In this document: in pieces, positions 42,919 to 53,962 of the stretch | How positions within the stretch are numbered: position 1 is the stretch's first letter | Layout: every line of letters starts with the position of its first letter | DNA from: Perkinsela sp. CCAP 1560/9 | Taxonomy: Eukaryota; Protista; Euglenozoa: Kinetoplastea | Assembly (NCBI GenBank): GCA_965644495.1 | Contig: CBFFSA010000005.1 | Coordinates: forward strand, 186,001 to 250,000 | Direction of reading: 5' to 3' | Length of the DNA stretch: 64,000 nt | Position numbers and translations under genes: made by a program | The notes under the pieces: model-generated | Told to the model about the DNA's origin: nothing | Databases searched by the model: none | The model's input: only the letters and a program-made list of their open reading frames with translations

Positions 42919-44277
42919 ATGGGACACGGTCATCATACTCACCACGCAGTGCACTCGGAACACGATGCTCTTCTAAAATCCATTAGTATTGTCGCCATCT
43001 ACTTAGTCGGAATGGGTTTCGCACTTCTCCCTGTCACATTGAGGGCCAAATTTTCAGGTTCACGACACTACACCACATTTCTGGGATTGGCCAACGCTTT
43101 CGCGGCCGGGGTCTTCCTTAGCATGGGTCTCATTCACTTACTTCCCGAGGGAGAAGCTCGATTACAAGACTTCTACGGTGATGACAATATCAAGTACCGT
43201 ATTAGCTACCTAATGTGTGTTGTTGGCTATGCCGCAATCCTAACACTTGAACGGGTCGTCTTCACCACTCCTTCCTGCGCTCACCACATGCACATGGCAG
43301 TCCATCAAGAGGACGCCTCGGCTCCCTCCTCTGCAGCTCAGCTCGAAGCAAAAACATCTGCAACGATTGAAATGCTCGCTTCCCAGAAGCAGAAAATAAA
43401 AAAGCCGAGAGGAGCTGTTATGAGTCCCGAAATCAAACCAGCGGTAGACCGATGCATACAAGACACAGCGCCTCCCTGTCATGCTGAGGGCACTCACTAC
43501 ATATTGCGATGTCGCGAGCGAATCGTTGCCGCGATTGCTGGAAAAGAAGCAGCATCCCATTGTGTCGTTTGTGAAGACAAAGAGCATCGCACTGCGGGTT
43601 TAGATGTCGCGAGCAAGGCACGCTCCACCAGCAGCGTTGCGTTGAAACCTTCTAAAGCCGGCACCGGGGAAAGTGAACACAAAACAGTAGACTCCACGGT
43701 GCCACAGATCACTGGCACGGATGATAACGTTTCTATTGGTCTCGAATCCGACCAAGTTTTGGAAGTTCCACCTGTTATTTCAAAGGAGCATCGTCATACT
43801 CACTTGTATCCCTACCATGAAGTGCGCACAGGAACAATACAGCCCTACGTGCTCATGGCAGCACTCGGGGCTCATGGGCTCTCGGAAGGTCTAGCCCTTG
43901 GGGTGGAACGCGGCAAGCACCATATTCTATTTCTTTTCTTTGCGATTGTCGCCCACAAATGGGCTGAGGGCCTCGCCCTTGGAATCAGCTTCTCCAAGAC
44001 AGAGATTCGAAGCAAGAAAATTGTTGCCCTTCTTTGTGCATTCTCTCTGAGTACTCCAATTGGTGTTGGAATTGGGTGGCTGGCCCAAGCGTTGCTTCCA
44101 AAATGTGCAGAGGGCTACTTCCTAGGGTTTAGCAGCGGTTCCTTTTTATATATTGGGGCAAGCGAAGTCGTTGTGGAGGAGTTTATTCAGGGTCAACGAC
44201 ATTGGCGAAAGCTTTTCTTTTTCTGTATTGGTATAGCACTAATTTATGTAGTCACAACGTATCTTGATTTCTGCTGA
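42919..44277 (+). CDS. ZIP family Zn/Fe transporter
   Basis: AFAAGVFL..HLLPE, HGLSEGLALG, HKWAEG, GSFLYI; His-rich N-terminus and loop. Confidence 0.93.
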   Translation: MGHGHHTHHAVHSEHDALLKSISIVAIYLVGMGFALLPVTLRAKFSGSRHYTTFLGLANAFAAGVFLSMGLIHLLPEGEARLQDFYGDDNIKYRISYLMCVVGYAAILTLERVVFTTPSCAHHMHMAVHQEDASAPSSAAQLEAKTSATIEMLASQKQKIKKPRGAVMSPEIKPAVDRCIQDTAPPCHAEGTHYILRCRERIVAAIAGKEAASHCVVCEDKEHRTAGLDVASKARSTSSVALKPSKAGTGESEHKTVDSTVPQITGTDDNVSIGLESDQVLEVPPVISKEHRHTHLYPYHEVRTGTIQPYVLMAALGAHGLSEGLALGVERGKHHILFLFFAIVAHKWAEGLALGISFSKTEIRSKKIVALLCAFSLSTPIGVGIGWLAQALLPKCAEGYFLGFSSGSFLYIGASEVVVEEFIQGQRHWRKLFFFCIGIALIYVVTTYLDFC

Positions 44278-44550
44278 GCTTCAATGCTACTGGGCGCGAG
44301 CTATCTGTTTTTTCTAATATCAGTATTTATGAAAATTTCCGATAAAGGGTGTCGTTCGTTTCTGCTTGATAATCAATTTAGGCTGACATGTAATTGCATT
44401 GCTTGAAAAAATGTTACATCACTACTTCTCATAGTACCTTTCGCCAGTTTTCCATTGAAACAATCAATTATTTCAATTGGCAATTTCAATTATTTTAAAA
44501 AAAAATCGATTGCTTATTTTCTCTTTCTAACTTCTGTAATCGGTGGAGTC

Positions 44551-45459
44551 ATGTGCTCGCAAGACACAGCGCGAAAGGCTGCACAGCACTTGAAAAGGGG
44601 ATACTCATTTCTTCGTCGCACGTTGTTTCGATGGAAACCAGATTACGAATCTGCCGCTGATGAATTCGATATTGCAGCATCTCTGTTTATTAAAATCGAG
44701 GACGCTGTTAAAGCGAAAGAGTGTACCTCTTTGGTTTGCGAAACCTTTACTAATCTGGGTGATCCTTATATGGTAGCCAACGGAGCTCTACGATTTGCTG
44801 CCTTCTTAAAAGAAAAAAATCAGCACAAAGAAGCTTCTGAGTATTATCTCATTGCTGCCGATTACTTTATGAAAGACGATAAACCAAATAGAAGAGCACA
44901 TGCATTACACGAAGCGGGGAAAGAAATGGTACACTTCGAGCAAGAGGGAGCGTGTACATATTTTGAAGACGCGATAAACATACTGTTTGGCATAGAAAAG
45001 CTTTACTTAGCTAGGGACATTTTTAGCGATTGGTTACAGTGTACCATTAATGGAGGACGCGTAGAGGATATCTTACACTGCCTCCAACTTCAACGAAAAT
45101 GCCACCGCGAGCAAGACAACACCCATATGTACTCTCGGACAGTGCTTGAGTCAGTTGTCACGGCGTTATATTTTCAAGACCTTGTTCTTGCGAAGCGTGC
45201 AATACGAGAAGCGGAATCCGAAAAGCCGAATCTGTTGCGGAGCGAAGAATGGGGTACTGCTCAAGATTTAATTTTGTCTATAGAAAAGCAAGATCACAAG
45301 CGTCTAAATGCACTGCTCACCGATCAAATATTTACTTTTTTGTATCCGGATATTTCTTTCTGGGCCAAAGAACTTCGTTATAAAGATGTGGAAGATACAC
45401 GTTTATCCAAAAGATCCTATTCATCGGGTGAAAAGGAAATTACTGACGACGAACGGTAG
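44551..45459 (+). CDS. gamma-SNAP (NSF attachment protein)
   Basis: LFRWKPDYESAADEF motif followed by TPR-like helices. Confidence 0.8.
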   Translation: MCSQDTARKAAQHLKRGYSFLRRTLFRWKPDYESAADEFDIAASLFIKIEDAVKAKECTSLVCETFTNLGDPYMVANGALRFAAFLKEKNQHKEASEYYLIAADYFMKDDKPNRRAHALHEAGKEMVHFEQEGACTYFEDAINILFGIEKLYLARDIFSDWLQCTINGGRVEDILHCLQLQRKCHREQDNTHMYSRTVLESVVTALYFQDLVLAKRAIREAESEKPNLLRSEEWGTAQDLILSIEKQDHKRLNALLTDQIFTFLYPDISFWAKELRYKDVEDTRLSKRSYSSGEKEITDDER

Positions 45460-46010
45460 CACTTATTTGGCAATTTTGAAGATATTGTTCTAGAAACAAA
45501 TTCAAATTTCTGAGGTTCGTTCAAGAAATCGGTTTTCGCAGTCAAGAATTCTCGCAGACTCCAATAGACTTTTACTCTATGTTTATATGCCTCTTGCAAG
45601 TGGATCTAGTCTTTGTTCCATTACAATATACACATGCATGTATTATATTGCATCTCTAATACTACATCTCTTACAGGTCCGTACCATAAAAATGAAAGAG
45701 ATGGTCCAGAGAGCACCAGGGATCCCCTGTACAGAAAAAAGAAGCAATAATCTTCGCTAGAGTAACGAGATCTCTCGAACGACACAAAAATAAGCCAAAA
45801 CGCACAAAAAGGAATTTCCTACAGGCGCAAGATTTTTTAACGGAAATATGAGCTACTTTTCTCTCAAGAAAGTTAGTTTTCAGTTATCAATTTTCGTAAT
45901 GTTTCAAATAATTTGCGGAATTTTGACCCTTCTTTTTCCTTAAATTTCTCATATAGTCATCTGGTTTTTTTATTTTTTAGGCTCTTCGTTGTACGCGGTG
46001 GTCGTTTTCA

Positions 46011-47222
46011 GGTCGGATTGAACGAATAATGTACAAAATTTCAGTTTTCAGAATTTTTAAAAGGACGATATTTTCCCTTCGATCATTATCTAACAAAAAA
46101 AATGCTTCTTACTGCAGAACATAATGCGCACAATACACGCGAAGATCCTCCAAAACTCGCTTCAAAACACTTGCTCCATTCACCCGCAGAGATCCGTTAC
46201 ATTTTTCTGCCAGGGCGCGCACACGCTCATGCCGGTTTTCATTGCTTCTACCAAGTTGGCCGCCACAACGCGTCAAAGTTCTCTTCAACATGCTGTTGGC
46301 TCCTTCTACGGTGTTAGTGTGCACACCGGAAACACTGATCCACTCATTTCTGTGGATAACCGAATCCCATTGATACTTTCCTTCAAGAAAATTGTTGTGC
46401 CTGGCGTCGGTATGGATCCGCGTACGCGAGGAGGCACACATAGCCTCGATGGGGGGAATTAAGTGTTCTGCGCTTTTTTGAGGCACAGGCGTGACATGTA
46501 TCTCTGTCAGCTTGCTGTCACGAGTACATTCGGCCAGAGTCTGAACTATCTGGCTACCACCAGCGCGTACCCGCTGGTTTCGGTTGTTTCCCCCTCGCTT
46601 GATCTTTGAGAACCACGTCTCATCGACTTGCATAAAGGATACTGTTCCCTCGGCGTTCCGCTGACGGATTTTATGAACCTCAGACAATGATTTTTCGATA
46701 ATTTGGCGTTGCAAAACTACAGTTCTTTGAGAGACTTCTTCTTCCTTTGCAACTTCTGTTCCCAGCATGCTATAAGAAAAGGAAACGATCCCAATTAGAA
46801 TCTGCTTTGCGGACACCTTTGTCTTTGAGTGCTTGAGAGGACCGTCCTGTGACATCAAATTGCGGCAGGAGCGTACTGGGCAGTGGAACTTGCCTCCCTT
46901 CAGATTACACAATGCCCGCTCATGCCCACGCTCGCAGGAAACGCTTTGTACAGTGAGTTTGTGGTTTCGCATCCACAACATACACGTTTCCTCTGTGGCA
47001 GAGCCGACTGAAGTCAAGCGAATTTGAGCAGCGCAATCAAAACGAGGGCAACCTGTGCAGTTCATTGAAACCTTAGAGAAGCAATACTAGCCGTAATTTT
47101 AAGATAAAAAATGACTAATAATCCAAAAAATTCATACATATCACCCTAGGAAACACAAAAAAGGATTTCATAAAAATTTAAAATTATTTAAAAAAAGTGT
47201 ACATTATTCGTTCAATCCCACC
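46011..47222 (-). mobile_element. intact Merlin (IS1595/IS1016-like) DNA transposon, 1212 bp
   Basis: TIRs GGT(C/G)GGATTGAACGAATAATGTACA (24/25) and 8-bp TSD CGTTTTCA at 46003-46010 and 47223-47230. Confidence 0.95.
46109..47065 (-). CDS. Merlin/IS1595 DDE transposase
   Basis: QVDETWF, IHTDA, GVHTNTVEG; N-terminal Cys-rich ribbon similar to that of the 26-kb transposase. Confidence 0.92.
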   Translation of the reverse strand: MNCTGCPRFDCAAQIRLTSVGSATEETCMLWMRNHKLTVQSVSCERGHERALCNLKGGKFHCPVRSCRNLMSQDGPLKHSKTKVSAKQILIGIVSFSYSMLGTEVAKEEEVSQRTVVLQRQIIEKSLSEVHKIRQRNAEGTVSFMQVDETWFSKIKRGGNNRNQRVRAGGSQIVQTLAECTRDSKLTEIHVTPVPQKSAEHLIPPIEAMCASSRTRIHTDARHNNFLEGKYQWDSVIHRNEWISVSGVHTNTVEGANSMLKRTLTRCGGQLGRSNENRHERVRALAEKCNGSLRVNGASVLKRVLEDLRVYCAHYVLQ

Positions 47223-47899
47223 CGTTTTCAACTTAGAAGTCACTCATGCTGCGCGCTTCGCGTTGAAAACTACCACCGTGTATAACGAGGAGCCTAAAAA
47301 AAATGGCTTCGAAGGCAGGAGAAAACGGAAGGATCAGAGCCGAAAATAGCCGATTTTCTTCTCCCTTCTTCTTCCGGGGAGCCATGCGCCATGGTGGCCT
47401 CCCTTGAGGACCACTGGGCGTGGCTCTGCCTCGTCTTATCGCGAGGCAACGGTCGGTTGCAGTGCGCCCTTCCGGCTGCGTAAAGAGAGGGCGAGTTGCC
47501 TGGACCCCCTCTACCGACCGAGTCCGTGCCAAATGCCCCTTGGTGCGACATCCGTTGTGGGCGGATCATGTGCCGATGATATCGGCCGTCGCATCACGGG
47601 CTGTATCTCTGCGCCAATGAGCGCATGAACATCAAGCACCCGTCCGGACGTAGCATACCGTCATTGTCGGCAATGACGGTTATGTGTAGGGGGCCGAAAA
47701 ATGCAATCCTAGGCAAACCCAGTCAGGCGCCAATAGAAACCAACGTCCAGGGAAGCATTTTTTCAGTATGAGGTCGCTGGGGGTCCAGGTGGGGGGCCTA
47801 GGAGGGTGTAGTAAACCAGGCAACGCTAGGTTAGGGGGGAGAGTATTTGGGTTGCCCCTGAGGCCCTCAACATGCGGACACCCACCCTCTATACGCCCC

Positions 47900-47996
47900 C
47901 TGTGGAGCACCCGAGCCAAATCTCTCTTACTAGGGGTCAGCCCAAAAAGGTCCAAATCTCTCTTAGTGGGGGGGGGCTCTTACTGGGGGTGTACTG
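47900..47996. mobile_element. right terminus of pogo/Tigger-like element
   Basis: Reverse complement reads TA-CAGTACACCCCCAGTAAGAG; subterminal CCAAATCTCTCTTA repeats near 47916 and 47952. Confidence 0.6.
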
Positions 47997-48206
47997 TAGT
48001 ACCTTCTAAAAAGCGTTTGAGAAAGCGTCACATGATTGCAATACGCAATGAGCTATCCAAGTTTACAAATTCTATTTGACTTTACTGTATCATCAATAGA
48101 TACTACAGGCTTCGCTTCCCCCTTCTTACACGAAAAATTTAAACTAAATATTATGCAATTGCTTTTACAGATGTTGTCATGAAGTGATCGGAAGAGTTCC
48201 TTCGAA

Positions 48207-49559
48207 ATGAGTGCAATCTCATCCTACAAGGAATTCTGTTTCGTCGCGATATTATCCACTTTCTTCAAGGTATGCCTGTCCATGATCTGCCATCAACCTT
48301 ACCTAACGTTTACACAGTTCAGAAAAACTAACCCTTGCACACAATTGCGTATCCATGCAAACTCCTCAAGCACTTTCATACAACATTGGGTAGACCTTTA
48401 TCATTCGAATGCTCATATCTTAAAAACATTGTCTTATCATCCTTTTTTTAATACCCCACGCGAAGGGCTGTGTCACGTGCGTGAGTTTGGTCCAATCACT
48501 ACTGCACATCAAATAGGCGTTTATCTTGCAGGAGTGATGCAAAGTACCCCATTTTCGCGGATCCAAGTTCCCCTATGTCAACTGTTCACGGGTATTTTAT
48601 TACACTTTATTCGGGTATCTTCAACGGCGGCCGCTGAACTACCGTCTTCTGATCCCGCTATTACGTATTTCGTTCATCCTGTATTTCTAATTGAGTCGAT
48701 TGTGCAATCCCTTTCCTGTGTTAAACATCTAGGGGTAGTACTTCTTCTCAGCGTGATTTTCTTAAGTGAGAAGTGCTCTTTGTTCCAAAATGCCGCATGT
48801 TCTGTCCTAATTGTCTCTTTGTGTGTCTTTCTAGTTCAATGGGAACCGATGTACTCCGTTTTTCCTTTAGCTCTCATAAGTTTGATTCTGACTAGGAGTT
48901 TTCGAGATGACTCTAAACGATGGAATAGAGTTTTATCTTGGTTGTTGCTTATTCCCGTTACGACAAGTGCAATTGTAGGACTTCATGAAATGGGACGAAT
49001 TACAGTTGATTTCACGCCTTCAGTTCTTCCCTACTTTTACCTGTTTCAGTTGTTGGATATCCAGTATCGAAGTATCTACGTGTTTCTTATTGTCTCGCTT
49101 CCCCTTATCTACACAGTTGGCTTAGCAGCCAGACCGACGGAACTTTCGTCTCGCAGCCAGACTCGAATAGTTCCCCTGATGGCTGGTGTGCACATGCTTG
49201 CAGTGCTTCACAGTGTTTCAGGTATCTCACTCCCTACGCTTTTCTTTGCTATTCTATTGCTTCAAGCTTCGGATCAAGAAGTGCACAGTAAATTGTCAGA
49301 TATGTCCGCGTACAGCATTCTCTTTTTGTGTTCTTCCCTACTATGTCATCTTTACTTGCAAGCGTGGCTTATCCCTCGCAGTACAAATGCAACCGCGCTA
49401 TTTTATGTCACTTTGTTTGTCCTTGGGTGGTCTTTCTTGTATTTGTCCGAGTTTCTTAAAAGGTCGTTAGAAGCAAATCGTTCCGCAACAAAAGACGGAG
49501 AGTATTTAACCAACATATTTTTTTATCTCCAAGCGTGGTTGTTTCTATTTTACGTCTAA
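48207..49559 (+). CDS. PIG-U/GAB1-like GPI transamidase subunit
   Basis: Multi-pass; DFTPSVLPYFYLFQLL and AWLIPRSTNATALFY resemble PIG-U DLTPNIGLFWYFF and LWIYAGSANSNFFY. Confidence 0.6.
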   Translation: MSAISSYKEFCFVAILSTFFKVCLSMICHQPYLTFTQFRKTNPCTQLRIHANSSSTFIQHWVDLYHSNAHILKTLSYHPFFNTPREGLCHVREFGPITTAHQIGVYLAGVMQSTPFSRIQVPLCQLFTGILLHFIRVSSTAAAELPSSDPAITYFVHPVFLIESIVQSLSCVKHLGVVLLLSVIFLSEKCSLFQNAACSVLIVSLCVFLVQWEPMYSVFPLALISLILTRSFRDDSKRWNRVLSWLLLIPVTTSAIVGLHEMGRITVDFTPSVLPYFYLFQLLDIQYRSIYVFLIVSLPLIYTVGLAARPTELSSRSQTRIVPLMAGVHMLAVLHSVSGISLPTLFFAILLLQASDQEVHSKLSDMSAYSILFLCSSLLCHLYLQAWLIPRSTNATALFYVTLFVLGWSFLYLSEFLKRSLEANRSATKDGEYLTNIFFYLQAWLFLFYV

Positions 49560-49633
49560 TCTCTTAGATAGCTTACAAATTGTTTTCGTAAGTTATTTTC
49601 TCAACATTATCACTTCTACTGTTAGTATTACTT

Positions 49634-50947
49634 ATGACCCACGAGCGTGGCGCGTGCCAGACGGTAAAGTCCTTACACGCCGGAGAAGAGAAACAGTCTG
49701 AGAAAGAATTCACACCCCTGGACGATGAGGAAATCGAATTTCTCAAAAATTATGCGGGCGAAGGCTATAACCGTGTTACCAAAGACTTGGAAGAGTTTAT
49801 CAAAAACAAAGTAGCGGATATCAACCGAAAGACAGGAGTGAAAGAAGCGAAGTTGGGTTTAAGTCCACCTCACTGTTGGGATCTTGTCGGTGACCAACAA
49901 TTGGCCCAGCGTGCGGGTCTCCAGGTAGCAAGGTGCACAAAAATTATTCAAAACGAAGAGGACAAAAGCGCCTCGTTGAAATATGTAATTAATATTCGCG
50001 AATATGCCAAATACGTAGTGTCACTAGGTGATAAAGTCTCCACCACCGACATAGAAGAAGGCATGCGAGTCGGCGTTGAAAAGCAAAAATATCAGATCCA
50101 AATTCCTCTTCCCCCACGCATCGATGCCTCGGTGACTATGATGCAGATCGAGGAGAAACCTGACGTAACTTACGCGGATGTTGGAGGCAGCAAAGAACAG
50201 ATTGAACAAATTCGTGAGGTCGTGGAACTTCCTCTGACTCACCCTGAACGATTCGAAAAGCTTGGAATTGATCCCCCAAAGGGTGTGCTGCTCTACGGGA
50301 CCCCGGGGACAGGAAAAACGCTCATGGCCCGTGCCGTCGCGAATCGTACCGATGCCACTTTTATTCGTGTGATCGGAAGTGAATTAGTGCAAAAATATGT
50401 CGGGGAGGGAGCACGTATGATACGTGAGATCTTCCAACTCGCACGCACCAAAAAGGCATGCATTATTTTTTTCGATGAGGTCGACGCAATTGGCGGTGCC
50501 AGGGGCTCGGATAGTGAGGATAGTGAGGTGCAACGTACCATGCTGGAGATGGTGAATCAAATGGATGGATTTGATTCCAAGGGAAATATTAAAGTGATTA
50601 TGGCTACCAACCGACCGGACACATTAGACCCCGCGCTAACAAGACCGGGTCGAATGGACCGAAAGATCGAATTTGCACCACCCGACCTGGAGGGTAGGAC
50701 ACAAATATTTCGCATCCATTGTGGCAGTCTGTCTTGTGAGAAGAATATTCGATTTGATCTTCTGGCCAGACTGTGTCCGAATGCAACAGGGGCCGACATA
50801 CGCAGTGTATGTACGGAAGCTGGTATGTTTGCCATTCGGGCTCGTCGGAAAACCATCACAGAAAAAGATATGATCGAAGCCATTAACAAGGTCATCAAGG
50901 GTCAACTGAAATTTTCAGCAACTGGTAAATACATGGTATACAATTGA
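49634..50947 (+). CDS. RPT1: 26S proteasome AAA-ATPase subunit Rpt1 (PSMC2)
   Basis: [62 protein letters not shown]. Confidence 0.97.
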   Translation: MTHERGACQTVKSLHAGEEKQSEKEFTPLDDEEIEFLKNYAGEGYNRVTKDLEEFIKNKVADINRKTGVKEAKLGLSPPHCWDLVGDQQLAQRAGLQVARCTKIIQNEEDKSASLKYVINIREYAKYVVSLGDKVSTTDIEEGMRVGVEKQKYQIQIPLPPRIDASVTMMQIEEKPDVTYADVGGSKEQIEQIREVVELPLTHPERFEKLGIDPPKGVLLYGTPGTGKTLMARAVANRTDATFIRVIGSELVQKYVGEGARMIREIFQLARTKKACIIFFDEVDAIGGARGSDSEDSEVQRTMLEMVNQMDGFDSKGNIKVIMATNRPDTLDPALTRPGRMDRKIEFAPPDLEGRTQIFRIHCGSLSCEKNIRFDLLARLCPNATGADIRSVCTEAGMFAIRARRKTITEKDMIEAINKVIKGQLKFSATGKYMVYN

Positions 50948-51247
50948 TTGAATAGTCGAAATGTGTTTACTGCACTCTAGCGTAACCGTACAATTGCGAA
51001 AGACCGAGGTGATGATAATTTAAAACGGTCCAAGAATACTGAAGTTAGTGAATTGGAACTCGCGGATATAGTATTGTTATTGTTGTTCGTATGTCTATTC
51101 TTGATATATAGTACTAGCTAAATGTACACTACATTATGTTGATGTACATTCGAACAATATATTACGTCGATGTGTTGGCACCAATATTTCACTTTTTTGA
51201 TAAAAAGAAAATCATTATTGTCAAGTTTTTTATTACTTTACTTTTCC

Positions 51248-51610
51248 ATGGCAGAACTGTCGCACTCTGACAGTTACTCATCGAATTCTACAGATGACGC
51301 GGATTCGAATTGGGAAGAAGGCAATGAACACACTTTAGCTGTAAGTGACGAAGAAGAATGCAATAACGGCACGGAGGAGAATTCGGCAACGCACATTGAG
51401 CTTACGGGAGAAGATCAGCATCCAACGCGAGCATTATATCAATATATTTTGCGTGATAAACCGAACATGCTTCGAACATTGGCTCAGTTTCGAGGTGAAC
51501 GCGTCCCGGCACTCGAGTATTACAGTGTACGTCGTCAGGACAAGGTTCCGAGACCTGCTCGTGAATTTAGAAAACGATCACTTAATACTATTTGGGATCA
51601 AAGTGGCTAA
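51248..51610 (+). CDS. small acidic hypothetical protein
   Basis: 120-aa ORF after a T-rich tract; acidic N-terminal half, basic C-terminal half. Confidence 0.55.
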   Translation: MAELSHSDSYSSNSTDDADSNWEEGNEHTLAVSDEEECNNGTEENSATHIELTGEDQHPTRALYQYILRDKPNMLRTLAQFRGERVPALEYYSVRRQDKVPRPAREFRKRSLNTIWDQSG

Positions 51611-51901
51611 TACATAGAATGTTTTTTGTTTTTGAAGATCGCGTTCGAATGCGATTCCCCAACCTTTGACGCCAAACTCTTTGAAAAACACGTTTCTCAA
51701 AGTCAATCAATCAACACTTTTATCTGTTAATCAAAAAAAGAAAAGCTACAAATAAAAAAATACAAAAGCTCGGGAAAAAGCGCAGCACTTTCTTAATTAT
51801 TAAACCTTCATTTTCAAAAACTTATGTCAATATTTTCCCTTCTAAAATTTTAATTTAAATGCCTACGCCGTTTCGTGGTTAAGGCGGGGATAACAAGAGA
51901 C

Positions 51902-53329
51902 ATGTCGGAAACGTCGTTCACTGGCCTGGGATTATGTCCTGAGCTCACCGCCGCCTGCGACACCGTGGGGTGGAACCATCCTACTGATATTCAACGACGT
52001 ACAATGGGCGATATTCTGGCGCGCCGCGATTTAATAGGAGTGGCACAGACAGGGAGCGGAAAAACAGGAGCCTATGCATTACCAATATTGCACCACATAT
52101 TATCCGATAGAGGTAAAGTCAAGAGCTGTGCGCTAGTGCTTGTCCCAACTCGCGAACTTGCGGTTCAGGTAGGGGAAGAATTCACACGACTAGGGGAGGG
52201 CATTGCCCTAAAGGTGTGTGTCGTCTACGGCGGAGTGGATATGGTCCACCAAGCACTACAGCTCAGTCAACGCCCCCATGTGGTGGTCGCCACTCCCGGT
52301 CGGTTGCAAGACCACATAGAAAAGACGAAGGGGTTCCGCCTACACAAGTTTCACTACATTGTAATGGACGAGGCCGATCAGATGCTCAATATGGACTACG
52401 AAAAACAGCTGACATTTATTATGGAACACCTCCCTCGACAAAGACAAACATTGCTGTTTTCCGCGACCATGACCGCTAAAGTGGACAAACTCCACCGAGC
52501 CTCCCTCCATGACCCCGTGGTTGTCATGGTCTCTGCATCGAAGTATCAAACCGTGGATTCCCTACAGCAGTACTACATGTTCATCCCGTTCTGCTACCGG
52601 TACGCCTACCTGCACAACTACCTTAGCTCCCTCCCTCGGGAGGAAAAGGTGATTGTGTTTTGTAACACAACTCACCTCGTATTGCGTCTCGCGCACATCC
52701 TGCGTATTCTCGGACTCACCGCTCTGCCACTCATGGGAAAAATGTCTCAAAAAGATCGTTTGCTTTCCCTAGACAAGTTTCGGGACAACGAGGCTATGAT
52801 ACTCGTCTGTACGGATGTCGCGCAACGAGGTTTGGATATTCCGGACGTCCACGTCGTCGTGAATTTTCAGCTACCCTCGTCGGCAAAAGATTACATCCAT
52901 CGAGTGGGGCGCACGGCTCGGGTGGGTAGACAAGGCAAGGCGATAACGTGTGTCACACAGTATGACGTTGATGACTACCTGAAAATTGAAAACGTATTGG
53001 GGCGAAAACTAGAAGAAATTGAAATTTCTAAAGAGGAGGTAATCATAAATTTAGAACGTGTGGAAGCTGCGGAAAGGGAGGCCGCGACGCGAATCCGAGA
53101 GGAGGATGAAATCCGTGCCCTAAATGCAGGGCAAAGCATGAGAAGGGCAAAGCACCGACGAGGTAGCCAGAACACAATACCAGTGGACAGTCTTATACAG
53201 GATCCTGATTCTCAGCGTAGAATGGGCGGGGCTGATCTGCGACAAAGCAGAAGGGAAAATGAACGCCTTCTTGGAACTTCGCGCCAGAAACAGCGGGTCG
53301 TGCTAAGGAAAAAGAAGTCTACTCGTTGA
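51902..53329 (+). CDS. RRP3: DEAD-box RNA helicase RRP3/DDX47
   Basis: AQTGSGKT, PTRELA, DEAD, SAT, HRVGRTAR; KYQTVDSLQQYY and VTQYDV are typical of DDX47. Confidence 0.88.
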   Translation: MSETSFTGLGLCPELTAACDTVGWNHPTDIQRRTMGDILARRDLIGVAQTGSGKTGAYALPILHHILSDRGKVKSCALVLVPTRELAVQVGEEFTRLGEGIALKVCVVYGGVDMVHQALQLSQRPHVVVATPGRLQDHIEKTKGFRLHKFHYIVMDEADQMLNMDYEKQLTFIMEHLPRQRQTLLFSATMTAKVDKLHRASLHDPVVVMVSASKYQTVDSLQQYYMFIPFCYRYAYLHNYLSSLPREEKVIVFCNTTHLVLRLAHILRILGLTALPLMGKMSQKDRLLSLDKFRDNEAMILVCTDVAQRGLDIPDVHVVVNFQLPSSAKDYIHRVGRTARVGRQGKAITCVTQYDVDDYLKIENVLGRKLEEIEISKEEVIINLERVEAAEREAATRIREEDEIRALNAGQSMRRAKHRRGSQNTIPVDSLIQDPDSQRRMGGADLRQSRRENERLLGTSRQKQRVVLRKKKSTR

Positions 53330-53962
53330 AAGTAAATACTGCATGTAAAAAGATCTGGGTTCCAATCTAATGAACCCACACGCTTATAATTATTTCTCGT
53401 CTCTTTTCATAAAATTTGGGTACCGACTTACAGGACCTGTCAATATTTTAAGAAAGCTTTGTTTCTTTCAGAGATTTTTCAGGAATAGATAAACCTATGG
53501 ACACGAATAGTTCACCCCTTTATTTCTGGCATGAAGGGAGTTATGGGGATTGTGACACCACTTTGTCGTTCAAAAAATTGAGCTTTGCACGTTTCCGCCA
53601 TTTTTAGACATCTTCAAAATTAAAAAAAAGAATTTGTTTTTCTCTTTTTTTATCGCCATACCGCAATAGCTTGAAAAATCACGTATTTCGCGGCCAGGGG
53701 CCGCAAGGGGTTCAACATGAAAAAATAGCGACAAAGCTCTTTTCTAAGGAACAAGATCTCGCGATTGCAACATAAATGAGCTAAATCGGATGAACCAAAA
53801 TTACCAGGGGGGGTGATTTCTGTTCTTGTCACTCAAGTTTTTTTCTGCAAAATATTTAGAATTTTCAATTTTTCTTTCACACGAATCTTTCACACTATTC
53901 ACTAAATAATGAACACTTTAGCTTTTCTATGATTATCATAAAAAAGTATCATTGATATTGCA

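Noticed and set aside
26050-47065. IS1595 transposases as evidence of bacterial DNA
   Set aside because: Flanked by eukaryotic genes; Merlin is the eukaryotic branch of this family and fits the GG termini and 8-bp TSD
51637-51660. gttcgaat T-loop-like hairpin suggesting a tRNA
   Set aside because: No cloverleaf or acceptor stem could be built
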